Shown here: positions 50,497 through 62,750 of the stretch, piece after piece
Numbering within the stretch: position 1 is the stretch's first letter
Layout: each line of letters begins with the position of its first letter
NCBI GenBank assembly: GCA_951406725.2
Contig: OX597816.1
Location: forward strand, 113,522,001 to 113,586,000
Reading direction: 5' to 3'
Length of the DNA stretch: 64,000 nt
Source: Octopus vulgaris
Taxonomy: Eukaryota
The notes under the pieces: generated by a model
Database searches by the model: none
What the model was told of the DNA's origin: nothing
The model's input: only the letters and a program-made list of their open reading frames with translations
Translations under genes and position numbers: made by a program

Positions 50497-50831
50497 ATAC
50501 ATACATACACATGTAAGCAAGTGCACATACACACATACACATACACATACACTCACATGCATGCACACAACATCATTGTCATAATCCTTGTTATTGTTGG
50601 CATCATTATTATATTTATATACTTTTTTTCTCCATACCTGCATGTGTTGGATGCGTCTTGATGCATTTCATCCAATTTGTAGCATATACTAAGTGCCTTT
50701 TATCATGCCACCCACCTTGGAAAGGCTAAAGAGTTTTCACTACTCTGTATCCTTCATAGACAGATCACCTGTGATGCAGTTTAAATTTTTCTTCCTCTCT
50801 CTCTCTCTTTATCTCTCTCTCTTTTTCTTTA

Positions 50832-50874
<43 letters not shown>

Positions 50875-51678
50875 TAAAAAGCACCAACTGATCATGACTG
50901 CTGGCAGCTTCCCCTGCCACCTGTGCCGGTGGCACATAAAAAGCACCCACTACACTCACGGAGTGGTTGGTGTTAGGAAGGGCATCCAGCCATAGAAACA
51001 TTGCCAGATCAGACTGGAGCCTGGTGCAGCCTCCTGGCTTCCCAGACCCCAGTTGAACCATCCAACCCGTGCTAGCACGGAAAACGGACATTAAACGATG
51101 ATGATGATATATATATATATATATATATATCATGCTCTCTCTCTATATATATGTGTGTGTATGTGTATATAGTGTGCACAGTACTGTGGACACTTTAGTC
51201 ATGCAAGAGACAGCCTTTCAAGGGTTGGTGGCATGATAATGTGTGTGTGTGTGTGTGTGTTCTGAGGACCTGGAAGTATAGAGTGATTATACAACTGTCT
51301 TTGTAAAAATTACTGCATAGTATACTAGTATATGCTGGTAAAACATATTATATTATGTAATTTCTGTTATAACAAAAAAAAAATTTTTAACTGAATCTCT
51401 TCTCATTTTTTATTCTGAACTCGGACATATATATTTATTGAAAAATAATAAACATAAAACAGGTGCTTGTTATATTTTCCTATTATTTGATTCATATTCT
51501 GCACTGTAGTCTATCCTGAGTTTGGTGCCCACATTATGCTACACTGGGTATGGGAGAAAAGTGTGTGGAGCTCACTACTGAGCTCAATTTTGGTTGAGTT
51601 GCACTTTAATGTGCTCCCTTTCTTCTTTCTTTCTTTATTTTTTTCTTTCTTTCTTTCTTTCTCTTTCTTTCTATGCTA
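50497..51678 (+). repeat. Local direct duplication, copy 2
   Basis: See copy 1; both end at ttctttctatgctac. Confidence 0.95.
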
Positions 51679-52289
51679 CTTTGAAATAATCCTTATTATT
51701 ACACACACACACACACACACACACATGAATATATATACATGAAGTACATTATTTTTAAGAGTACAGCTTGAAGTGGATGATGCTATAGATAGCATGTAGA
51801 TTATTGGGTAAAAAAACCTTTTGCATGGAAAAAAGTCGAAGGTTATACATTGGATTCACATCCACATCTCTGTAAAGCTTTATTCTTATCCAAGGCATTT
51901 TTTTTTTTGCACAATATTCTACACGATATTATCTATGGCTTTATCTACTTCGAGTTAAATTTAAAACATAATTTACTTCATATCTCATAATTTAAATTCT
52001 TATAATGTATGCATCTTACAATTCTTCCTTGTAAGAAAAAAGCTTCTAAAATATATAAAGAAAATTTAAAGTGTCACTTTGGTATAATGTTTAGAACATC
52101 AGCCATTTTTACAGAAGATATAGGTTTGAGTCCCAGATGCAGCCTTCAACTTTTTTTCCACTCAAAATGTTTTTAACTCAGTACTCTACACATCATTATT
52201 TATAAATTATCTACTTCAAGTTCCTTCATTAAAAATAATTTACTTCAAACCTATCAAAGTTTCTAAATTCTTATAATGTAAATACACAA

Positions 52290-53312
52290 GCATGGCTGTG
52301 TGCTAAGCAGCTTGCTTCCTAAGTACATGGTTCCAGGTTCAGTCTTACCGCCTAGCACCTTGAACAAGTGTCTTCTACTATAGCCTTGAACCAACCAAAA
52401 TATTGTGAGGGGGATTTGGTACACGGAAACTGAAAGAAGCCCATTGTGTATATATATATATATATGCTCTCTTCCCCTGAACCTACCCTGCCATCTCCTG
52501 CCTTCTGTTCCCCTCACCTACCACCCCACCATCCTACCTCTCCAATGCACCATTCTCCGAGCCTTCCGGCGACTCCAGTCCAACACCTCCACCTTGCACA
52601 CCTTCTCTAACCGACCCCTCCGCTCCTTCAAACGAGCCCATAACCTATGAGACCTCTTGGTCCATAGCTTCTTCCCTAACCCAACCTCCCAACTCAGCTC
52701 GTTGCTCTGCTCTCACCCATGCTGTTGCACTTGCCCTTACCTCTCTAACACCACTCTCCTCACTGGCACCCATCATTGACCCTATCACATCACCGTCTCC
52801 TTCACTTGCACTTCTACCAATATCATCTACTGCATCTCCTGCTCTCTCTGCCCTTCTCTATACATCGGGCAAACGGGCTACCACTTGGCTGACTGGTTCA
52901 CGGAACACCTCCGAGACATCTGATCTGGTTCTTGACTGAGGATAGAAAGCTTTGAATGACCCGTCCTTGTTTTTTTGCATCGTCTATCTGGATGTTTTGT
53001 TGTCCCTTTTTGTATTACCTTTTTGTCTGGATGTTTTGCGTTCTTGTCCCATTTTGTATTTTATATATATATATATATACACATGTGCATCTGTATATGC
53101 CTTTGTGTTTGTGTTTGTCCCCACCATTGCTTAACAACCAGTGTCAGTGTGTTTGTGTCCCTGTTACTTAGTAAGGCAAAAGAGGCCGATAGAATAAGTA
53201 CCAAGCTTTGCAAAAAAAAAAGTACTGGGGTCAATTCATTAAAAAAAAAATATATTGAAGGTGTTACCCTAGTATGGCTGCAGTCTAATGACTGAAATAA
53301 GTAAGAGATAAA
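52290..53312 (+). mobile_element. Family 1 SINE split at its (TA)n by a PLE fragment
   Basis: Head 52290-52450, tail 53100-53312. Confidence 0.8.
52465..53062 (+). mobile_element. Penelope-like element GIY-YIG fragment (Neptune-like, C-rich strand)
   Basis: PLTYHP..F.RAHNL.D.LV..CCTCPY; 52801-52920 reads FTCTSTNIIYCISCSLCPSLYIGQTGYHLADWFTEHLRDI. Confidence 0.9.
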
Positions 53313-53399
53313 AGAAGATACTCCCATTAATATATACACTTATATATTAATCTTTTTGGTTCCAGAGCAGTGGCAGTGCCTTTGGCTGACTCAGGCCAA

Positions 53400-54280
53400 C
53401 CTAGATCTCTAAGATTAATGCCAGTTAATGTTCTCCTTAAACCATTGCAAAATCAACACATGTGGGAAAAACATGAGCTGGGAAGGAATTTCAGAGAGCC
53501 GATATTCTTAGAAGAAAGGACTGGTTGTAGGGATTAGTGTAGGAACTGGAGTCTTGGAGACAACAAGGATAAGGTGAAAAAAATAGGTTAGGAGTGGAGG
53601 TGATGTGTGCTCAGGCAGATCCTAGGGGCAAAAGGCCATTACAGTAGCAATAGAAGAAGCAGAGAGAGAAGATAATGCCATCTATGGACTGGAGGCTGGG
53701 ACATGTCTTTGAGTCACTTTATGTCAATTAACTAATTGACTCAGTGGCTGAGTGGCTTTTTTTTGGATACAATCTAGATTTCTGTACATCGCTATTGCTA
53801 TCACTGTAGCAGTAGCAGCAGCAAAAGCAGCAGCATTCCAGATTTCAGAGCCATACTCCATTTGGATATCTAGGTTCTGTAGAATATGAATAATCATTGG
53901 AACACTGAAGTATCTGCTGGCTCTGAAGGAAAGAACCAGTCATTGGAATGCAGTCCTATCTATTTTATGAATGTGCTTTCACCAGGAAAGATCCTTGGCA
54001 AGGCCTGACATTTGGAGTAATTCTGAGGGCTCCAGTTGTGTGCTACACATGATTAAGGGTTGTCTGTTGCAATGATGTCTTTTTGATATGAGTGGTATTT
54101 GTGTTTTCTTGTTGAAAGAAAAAAGATTGGCATATCCCTATTGAAGGATATTTTTGATGTTTCTGTTAATAGAGTCAGTGCAGGTTCAGTGTGTGGTGTC
54201 TAGGTTATGAGTGGATGATGGATACCGGAGGAAGGTTATGGAAGAATGAATAGAAGATAGCATCTGCTGCATAAGAGTGG
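53400..54280 (-). mobile_element. Decayed LINE RT C-terminal region (CR1/L2/Jockey group)
   Basis: Minus strand remnants KKTQ, DLSW.KHI, QMEYGSEIWNAA and SLCFFYCYCNG. Confidence 0.65.
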
Positions 54281-54286
54281 GGTTTA

Positions 54287-54475
54287 TTGGATGTGATGGC
54301 AAGTAAGTGTCGAAAAAGTCATCACAGTGTGAGAGATATCACTCATGTTGTCAGTAGGAATTCAAAAATGTCTGCAATACACTACCAACCCATGCAACAT
54401 GACATTGTTGCCAAGATGGTTTATAATGCTATATGCAAAAAGCACACAAGAACCATAGGATATCTCCACCTTTAA
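54287..54475 (+). mobile_element. Fragment of an RLE-type non-LTR element (R4/Dong-like knuckle and RHD region)
   Basis: KCR....V.DITHVVS...KMS..HY.PMQHDIVAKMVY resembles a decayed CCHC followed by RHD.VAK. Confidence 0.5.
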
Positions 54476-57400
54476 AAATGTATATATCTATATAGTTGTA
54501 TATTTTTATATGTATATTTTTAATGTATAGATTACTCTATATATTTTTATACATTTATATATTTTCAATGTGTTTGATGTACTGAATATACTTTTGGAGA
54601 AATTCATGCATATTGGGTCTAGGGCTAAATAAATATAAATGTATATGTGAATTTGATTTGCCTAAATTTGAGTCTTACTTCTATATTATTCTAACATCTT
54701 GGGTTTAAATATCTGGAGTACTTCAAAGTGAAGTTTATGCATTGGAGAAAATCTTTTTCCTTATAATCATATGTATGTACATATGTATATATACACATAT
54801 ATAAAATGGAACAGGTATTTTATGCTTTATATAATGTACATATTTCAGTATGCTGATTGTGATTAATACTAAAGCTGGTTGGACTATTGTGCAATACAAC
54901 TGACTTATTTCCTCAGCATTATCAGCAAAAATACAGTATAAAGAAAATAGTAAGTCCTTATATACACCAGTATGCAAATTAAGTGCCATCTGGTAATTAT
55001 AGCAAAATAGAAAGTGAAGGAAGTACACACATTATTTTCCAACCTGAGACTAAAATTCTTTACATCACTAGCAGAATATATTCATAATGTAGTTGACAGT
55101 AAGGTTGAACATGCAGTGACACAGTATACCAATTTTAAAAGCTAGAATGCACATAAGACAAATTAATATAAATATAATATATATATTATTTACATATCTA
55201 TGTAAATGTACATATACCTCAAGATATATATGTATGTGTGTGTGTGTGCATATGCACACATATGCATGTAAGTATAAATATGTATATATAACCATATGTG
55301 CACACACACACACATCTCCATATATTGCTTTTTTAGTGTTGCTAATAATAATTACAAAATTTTAATGGACATCTGTGAAAATGTATCTTTTTCTAGAATA
55401 CTACAAACTGAATTTTGATTTTGCTAAATCAATTCTTGATTTATATATGGAAATATTTTCATTCTTTATTAAATGCCCATCTCTCTTTTTCTCCATTCTC
55501 TAAGTTTCAATATGATTGCTTGCCTTTTTCTATTGATTAGTTATTTTCTTTTCAACATTGTGATTCTTATATTTTAGTTCCTGGAAAAACTATTTCTAAA
55601 TTTGTCTTGTTTTAATCTCATGATCTCCATATCTCATGCCATACATACATTCTCCTCATACAAATTTAATTTTTTTTTTCTTATATGAGATAAATTCTTA
55701 AAAACAGGAGAACATTTATTGTAGGTTATGGTAATATATGATTTTTCAAAGTTTGATTTTCTTTTATAAAACTCACTACTATTGTTGACTTTTACTATTT
55801 ATATAATATATAAACAGAGTAACTGTTTATTTTTTATCCAGAAGCCTCATGATAGAGTCTTCATAAATCATGCCTGGAGTTGTCATTATAACTATTAAAG
55901 ATCAATCTCAGTTTCCCACTCCTGCATATCTTGAGAATGCTCTTGTTTGCTCCTTTTGAGCATAATTTTCATTAACACTAATGAACTTCCTTCACGTTAT
56001 AATTTTAGTTGATTAAAACTTATTTTTGTTTCACCAAATTAATTATGGTAGCCTGAACTTAACTATATGTTAAAATGCAGAAGGCACCCATGGGACATTT
56101 TTTCAGTATACATACATTATATAATATATACATTGTATCATATGTATACACTCTTTAATATATAACATTAAATCACATTAACCTTTTTAATCTTATTAAT
56201 ATGGGGAAAATAATTTTTTTATTATTGTAAGAATGTATATTTCACAGAATTTTAGAATAATGTGACAACACTGTTGTCATTTAAACCACAACACTATAAT
56301 TCTGTACAATCAGATCTTTACAACTGGAAGTACTGCTACAACTGCCTAGCATGTTGTGATGAGTCGGAGACGACAATATATATCTATAACCTTTATGTTG
56401 ATGAATAATTCATGTGAAAGTAAATTCATAAATATTGCATATTTTATCAACCTGATCAATTTAATATAGATTAATCAATAAAGATTATAAAATATACCCT
56501 GATCAAAACCATAATGGTATTGAATAGATCCTATAAAACTTATTTTTAATGATTTATTTGAAAGAGAATTCATTTTGTGAATAGGAATGAAATTGGAACA
56601 ACTACTTTCAACATTCTGCAAAAAGAAAATTTTTTTACATTAAAAAGAACTAATATATTACAATGTTGTAATTTGTTACAGATTATTCTGTTATGAGTTA
56701 TAATTATTTTGTTTTTGTTTCTTTACCATTAAAGAGTTTCTACCTCACGTTTGGATTGTTTTAACTAATAGTATAACAGAAACTATGTGATAAAATTTTT
56801 ACTAGCTTAAAAGTTTTTCTTTTAATAATTTTACATTTGTTTTCCTATACTACTGTTGATTATATATTTTTGCTACCTTGAATTTACATATTAACAGTCA
56901 GAAGTAGTTTAATCATCATTTAGCTTCCCGCATCTAATATTTTTAGTTAAGCTAGTAAATAAAATAATATAGGCTGGCCAGTATTACAAGTAATGAAGTA
57001 ATATCTGAATGCAGGACTTTTTGGCCAATAGTCTGGACATTTTAAAATTACAATTTAAAATTGAATGTAAATAAATGTTTCAATTGATCCTGGTTCTTTA
57101 CACAAACATTAGTATTTCTTTATACTCCTTTTATTATTTCATTTCTAAAAGGTGACTCACTGAACTGTATCTCAATGATTTTTTTTAATTATAAGTAATG
57201 TTGTTTATGGGCTATAGCTATATTTTTACATACTTAAGTACTCACACATGTTTTTCTTTGCAGCTTTAACTAAAAGTTTTGTATAACTGCATTTCTTCAG
57301 TCTTCTTTTTAATTAGAAAAAAAAAATATATTTGGAATCTATCTTTGTTAAAACTATCACATACCTATTTCCTTTGGATTATTTATTTCTAATGGAATTA

Positions 57401-57967
57401 CGTGTCAGAAATGTTTCCGATGTTCTTCCTTCTTCATATAGATTAAATTCTTTTGATTAAAATCAGCATTACGTAAGTCTTCATAGGAAAACGGACAATC
57501 TTTTTATTAATGGTATCTCAATGGTCTGTTCCAAATATATTATATAATATCATATAATATATTTATGCCAAACTGAATATTTCCAGAATGGAAATGCTAC
57601 CTGTTTAAGTTCTAAGAGTATTATATACATTAATACATTTTTATCCACAATCATTGGCTATTTTCAGTATGGCATCTCAGTCGAATGGATTTCAATTGCT
57701 TGTATGTCCTTGATCTTTTTTAAGCGATCAAGGATTTTGAACAATAGACACTATAGAATGAAATGTAATACAAACTGTTACTTCTTTAGCAGATATGAAC
57801 AGCACCTTTTAGATTTTTAGCAACCTCAGGCTGTATTTGAAATAGAATGTATAGAAATGTGTGACTAGTTTAAATTGAAGCAAACAAAGATCTACACTCT
57901 CTTGTAAGTCCTTATTGAACTTTTATTTAGGTGAATATACAAAAATAACAGAGGAAAGAGAACCATA

Positions 57968-57970
57968 AAG

Positions 57971-58034
<64 letters not shown>
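57968..58034. repeat. (GATA)n microsatellite
   Basis: Directly visible. Confidence 0.95.
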
Positions 58035-58035
<1 letters not shown>

Positions 58036-58442
58036 CAGAAAGAGAGAGATGGAGAGGCATAGAATGACAGAGTCTGAGAATAATTCAAATCATCATTGTC
58101 ATGGTCATTTAATGTCTTTTCGATGCTTCATGAGTTGGATGGAATTTGTTGAGGCAGATTTCTTGTAAACCGTTGCCCCTTCCCATTGTCAACCTTCACC
58201 TATTTCCAAGTAAGGTAATATTTCCCATGGTCAAATATGTTTTCCATACAAGACTAGAAATGAGTAACATTGTTTGTATGACGATGATGTTCATTTACAA
58301 ACATCGAGTGATGTCAATAAAGGAGTATACACAAACACACAAATATATGCAAACACACACACCCATGAACACACACATATACATATACGTGTATATATAT
58401 ATAAACAAATGCACACATGTATACATATATATACATGTATAC

Positions 58443-58475
<33 letters not shown>

Positions 58476-58597
58476 TACATGCGTGTTTTCCATCTGTGCA
58501 CTCAATAAATATTTTTCTGTTTGTCTGTACATTCATTGTACGTTTGTTTGTGCATTTACTATACATTTTTCACTTATTATTATATATATATATATGT

Positions 58598-58974
58598 ATC
58601 ATCATCATCATCATTTAACGTCCATTGTCCAAGCTGGCATGAGTTGGACTTTTTGACTGGGATGGCATGCTAGAAGGCTGCGCCAGGATCCAGTCTTACT
58701 TGGCATGGTTTTCTACTGCTGGATGCCCTTCCTAATGCCAACCTCTCTAAGAGTGTAATGGATGCTTTTACATTGCACTGGCATGGCTGCCATTTGTGTG
58801 ACACCATTATCTGTCATGACTACAATTTTGCTTAACTTGATGGATCTTTTTCTCAAGCATGACATAATGCCAAAAGCCTTGTTGATTGCCTTTGTGAGGC
58901 CCAACACTCAACAGTAACTTGGCCACTTTGCCTCTATGAGGCTCAACACATAAAAGGAACTCAGCCACCTCACC

Positions 58975-59010
<36 letters not shown>

Positions 59011-59250
59011 GTTTAACATCCACTTTCCATGCTAGCATGGGTTGGATGGTTCAACCGGGGTCTGGTAAGACAGGAGGCTGCATCAGAATCCAGTCTGATC
59101 TGTCAGTGTTTCTACAGCTGGATGCCCTCTCTAACACCAACCACTCCGTGAGTGTAGTGGGTGCTTTTTACATGCCACTGGCACAGGGGCCAGATAAGGC
59201 TGGCAATGTCCATGATTAGTTGGTGCTTTTTATGTGCCACTGGCATGGAT
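58598..59250 (-). mobile_element. Two RTE-related 3' tail copies in tandem
   Basis: (cat)n..tttaac..catgg..ctggatgccct..accactcc..ggtgctttt at 58598-58790 and 58976-59250. Confidence 0.8.
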
Positions 59251-59424
59251 ACCACCAAAAAAGGAAGGAAAGAATACAAGCACAAACATAAAGAAGGAAG
59301 GGGAGAAAAAGGAAAAGGAAAAATGAAATAACTAAAACCGGAACCCCTAAACCACCAAACAAAAAACAGAAAACTCAAATATGGAGGCTCCAGTGGAATC
59401 CGAAACCTTACTGAAGAGAAGAAA

Positions 59425-60775
59425 TTTGGAGTGAACTCCAAATTTGCTGTGGCAGGGACTGTCTAACACAGCTCTTACACCACATTGAGGATATACTTAA
59501 AGCCTTGGGAACAGGTTCAAACTCTGATGTCATATATCTTGACTTCAGTAAAGCGTTTGACAGGGTTGACCATAATATCTTACTTTCAAAATTGGCAAAT
59601 GTTGGAATCTGTGGAAAACTTCTACACTGCAATGAGTATTTCCTGGCGAATAGAACACAACATGTTGTGGCTGATGGAGTCCACTCAAGCCCAGCAAAAG
59701 TCACCAGTGGTGTCCCACAGAGAACTGTCTTGGGCGCGTTCCTCTTTATAATCTACATAAATGACCTTTCCAGCGTCGTAAATCACTGCAAACTGAAAAT
59801 ATTTGCTAATGACACTAAGCTCCAGCAAATCATCAATGAAGAAGACCGAACTCAACTCCAGTCTGATCTATATGTGGTGAGTCAATGGGCAAACAAAAAC
59901 AAAATGCAACTAAACGAGGGAAAATTTGAGCTGATGCATTTTGGAAGAAAGACTATACTAAAAGAGCCATACTCTCTTCCTTCAGGGGAACCTCTCACAG
60001 CATCTAATAATATCAGAGACCTAGGAGTAATTGTTGATAACAATCTCAGTTGGAGTGCCCACATCAACAATAAGGTTGATATAGCTCGTAGGATGAGCTC
60101 CTGGATCTTAAGAACCTTCCAGTCCAGAGAAAAGGTGTCATCATTTCTCCTCCTTTGTACAGCCACACCTTGAACACTGCTGTCCCTTGTGGTCTCCCCA
60201 TACCAAAAGAAACATCTTGAAAATTGAATTACCCCAGGGGGCACTCACTAAAAGAATTAAGGGCATGACTGATCTCGATTACTGGGACCACATTAAAGCC
60301 TTGAAACTACTCTTTCCAGCACCGCCACGAGCAGTACATCATTTGCACGATGTGGAGAATATACTGCCAGTATTGCCCAAATGACCTGAACATTAGCTTC
60401 AAGGTTCATCCAAGGCTGAGACTATGATCAATATGTCCCCTGCACAATTCAGTATCACAACATATAGGTACTCTGTGACACAATTTCTTTTCCTCAACAG
60501 GCCTTGCCCTGTTTAACATTGTCCCAAAACTGATCAAAAAGGAAAAGGATCCCATCACCTTTAAATGGAGTCTAGACAAATTTCTTCAAGGAATACCAGA
60601 CAAGCTACCCATACCTGGATACAACTCACTCAACAAGAACTCATTACTTCAATGGACCATGATACCACAAAACTTGACTTAAAAAGGATTTAAGTAATCC
60701 TATCAGGTGGTGCTATTAAGTTACACATGGCTTGGACCAATCTTTGGTCGAAGCATATCTAAGTATCATCTAAGT
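59425..60775 (+). mobile_element. CR1-type LINE RT fossil with intact 3' end
   Basis: DVIYLDFSKAFDRVDH, SGVPQRTVLG, FANDTKL, IRDLGVIVD.NLSW, WSPH; ends in repeated atctaagt. Confidence 0.93.
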
Positions 60776-60783
60776 TTTATATA

Positions 60784-60821
<38 letters not shown>

Positions 60822-61005
60822 TATACATATTCATATATAAATATTATTATTACATTATTATATGATCGAATGCCATGCATCCTTTTCCAAGTAAGTTTTA
60901 TGCATATATATATATATATTATTTATGAATATATATATACATATATGTATATATATATATATATATACATATATGAATATATATATGAATATATATATAT
61001 ATATA

Positions 61006-61048
<43 letters not shown>

Positions 61049-61323
61049 TGGTTTCTATTTTTAGCAAGTTAATGTAGTAAAATAATTCAATATTCCTAAA
61101 TTAATGTATAGATATATTTCAGATAATTTCACAATCAATATTTTGGTATAAGTTATGATATGCTTTAGATAAGTTGTTAAGTAGTCTGAGTCAGCATAGT
61201 CATGTTTAGCCAACTGAAAGTTGGCTTAGCAGCTATCATACATTTGTAGAGATGTCTAATTCTAATTTGTAGTCCTGAAAGTCACTGAGGAGTTTGTTGG
61301 AGAAGATTTTACTGTTTGCATCA

Positions 61324-61582
61324 TGGAAGGTGTTTATAAGCCATTTAAAAACACACAAAAACTATTACATTTACTTCAACATTTAAATTTAATTTGTCAA
61401 AATATTTTCATTGCTTTGAAACCACGACCTGTTCACTGACAAAATTCTGTGCTGCACAGAATTTTGTCAGTGAACAGGTCACAGTTTCAAAGCGATGAAA
61501 ATATTTTGACAAATTAAATTTAAATGTTGAAGTGAATCTATTGGTCTTTGTGTGTTTTTAAATGGCTTATAAACACCTTCCA
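61324..61582. repeat. Fold-back palindrome, 129 bp arms with a 1 nt centre at 61453
   Basis: tggaaggtgtttataagcc...ttctgtgc-t-gcacagaa...ggcttataaacaccttcca. Confidence 0.96.
61463..61513 (+). ncRNA. Candidate variant hammerhead (G3-C8 core); mirror copy 61393-61443 on the minus strand
   Basis: TTTGTCA-GTGAACA-G-GTCAC..GCGAT-GAAA-ATAT-TT-TGACAAA. Confidence 0.55.
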
Positions 61583-61942
61583 CGCTGTAATTGTTTTTGT
61601 GTCAGCACACGATCTCAGATCAGGTTACTTGCTATGCCTGTTCATCTCTGTAATTTTACTGTTTCATAGATGAAAACAATAAACTATGCTGAAGCATTTT
61701 TTGTTGACTGGAGAAAAACTCCTAAATTGACTAAAGCCTTACAAACTTGTCAGTTGATTTTAAAGAATCATTGAAATTCTGAACTACTATCATGAATAAG
61801 CTAGACTTTGTAAAATAATACAACCTAAAGTAGAGATTGCATTATGCTTTGGACATAGAACAGTGTCATTGAGTTTCATAGTAGGAAGAGTAGAAGTGTG
61901 TTTTGAGCCTCTTGTTATGAGAGTGTATTTTACCCATTATTT

Positions 61943-62140
61943 GTTTCAAATTTTTGTACAAGAGTAACAGTTTTGGGAGAAGGGATAAGTTGATTACATC
62001 GACCTCAGTGTTCAACTGGTACTTATTTTATTGACCCTAAAAGGATGAAATGTTAAGTTGACCTTGGTGGAATTTGAACACAAAACACATAGACAGATGA
62101 AATGTTGCTAAGCATTTTACCTGGTGTGCTAACAATTCTG
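61943..62140 (-). mobile_element. SINE family 2
   Basis: Same pattern as 28021-28235. Confidence 0.82.
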
Positions 62141-62449
62141 AAAAATATTATTGAAAAATATATATAACCAAAGGTTATATTTGCAAACATTACTTTTATA
62201 CATACATGTGTACGTATTTATTTATGAAAAGTGATTGCACATAGGCAAACATAGTATGCTAAGTAAATAGTAAGGAGAGACAGCTTTACATGTTTTTGTC
62301 CAAATTCCATTCATGAATTCTGCTTTGCTTCATTTATGAGTTAGTAGCAAAAATACCAATGATATAGTGGTATAAAGTTAGTTATACCTCTTCTCCAGAG
62401 AAATAATAAGCTTCTATTTATGAAAATAAATTGTAGATAGATTCTTTGA

Positions 62450-62636
62450 TTTGTTTCAGTCATTTGACTGTGGCCAAACTGGAGCACTGCCTTTAATCAA
62501 ACAAATCGACCCCCAGACTTATTCTTTGTAAGCCTAGTACTTATTCTATTGGTTGCTTTTGCCAAATCGCTAAGTTACAGGGACGTAAATACACCAGCAT
62601 TGGTTGTGAAGTGATGGTCGGGAGACTAACACAGAT

Positions 62637-62667
<31 letters not shown>

Positions 62668-62750
62668 TGATGAGCTTCTTTCAGTTTCCATCTACCAAAT
62701 CCACTCACAAGGTTTTGGTCGGCCCGAGGCTATACTAAAAGACATTTGCC
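62450..62750 (-). mobile_element. SINE family 1, 5' truncated
   Basis: Reverse-complement match to 43290-43580. Confidence 0.85.

Noticed and set aside
56355-56390. GTGATGA-GTC-gga-GAC-GACA
   Set aside because: Two core mismatches without compensation and no clear stem I
57668-57701. Possible micro-exon (ttttcag...gtatgt)
   Set aside because: Such splice-like pairs occur by chance in AT-rich DNA; needs RNA-seq
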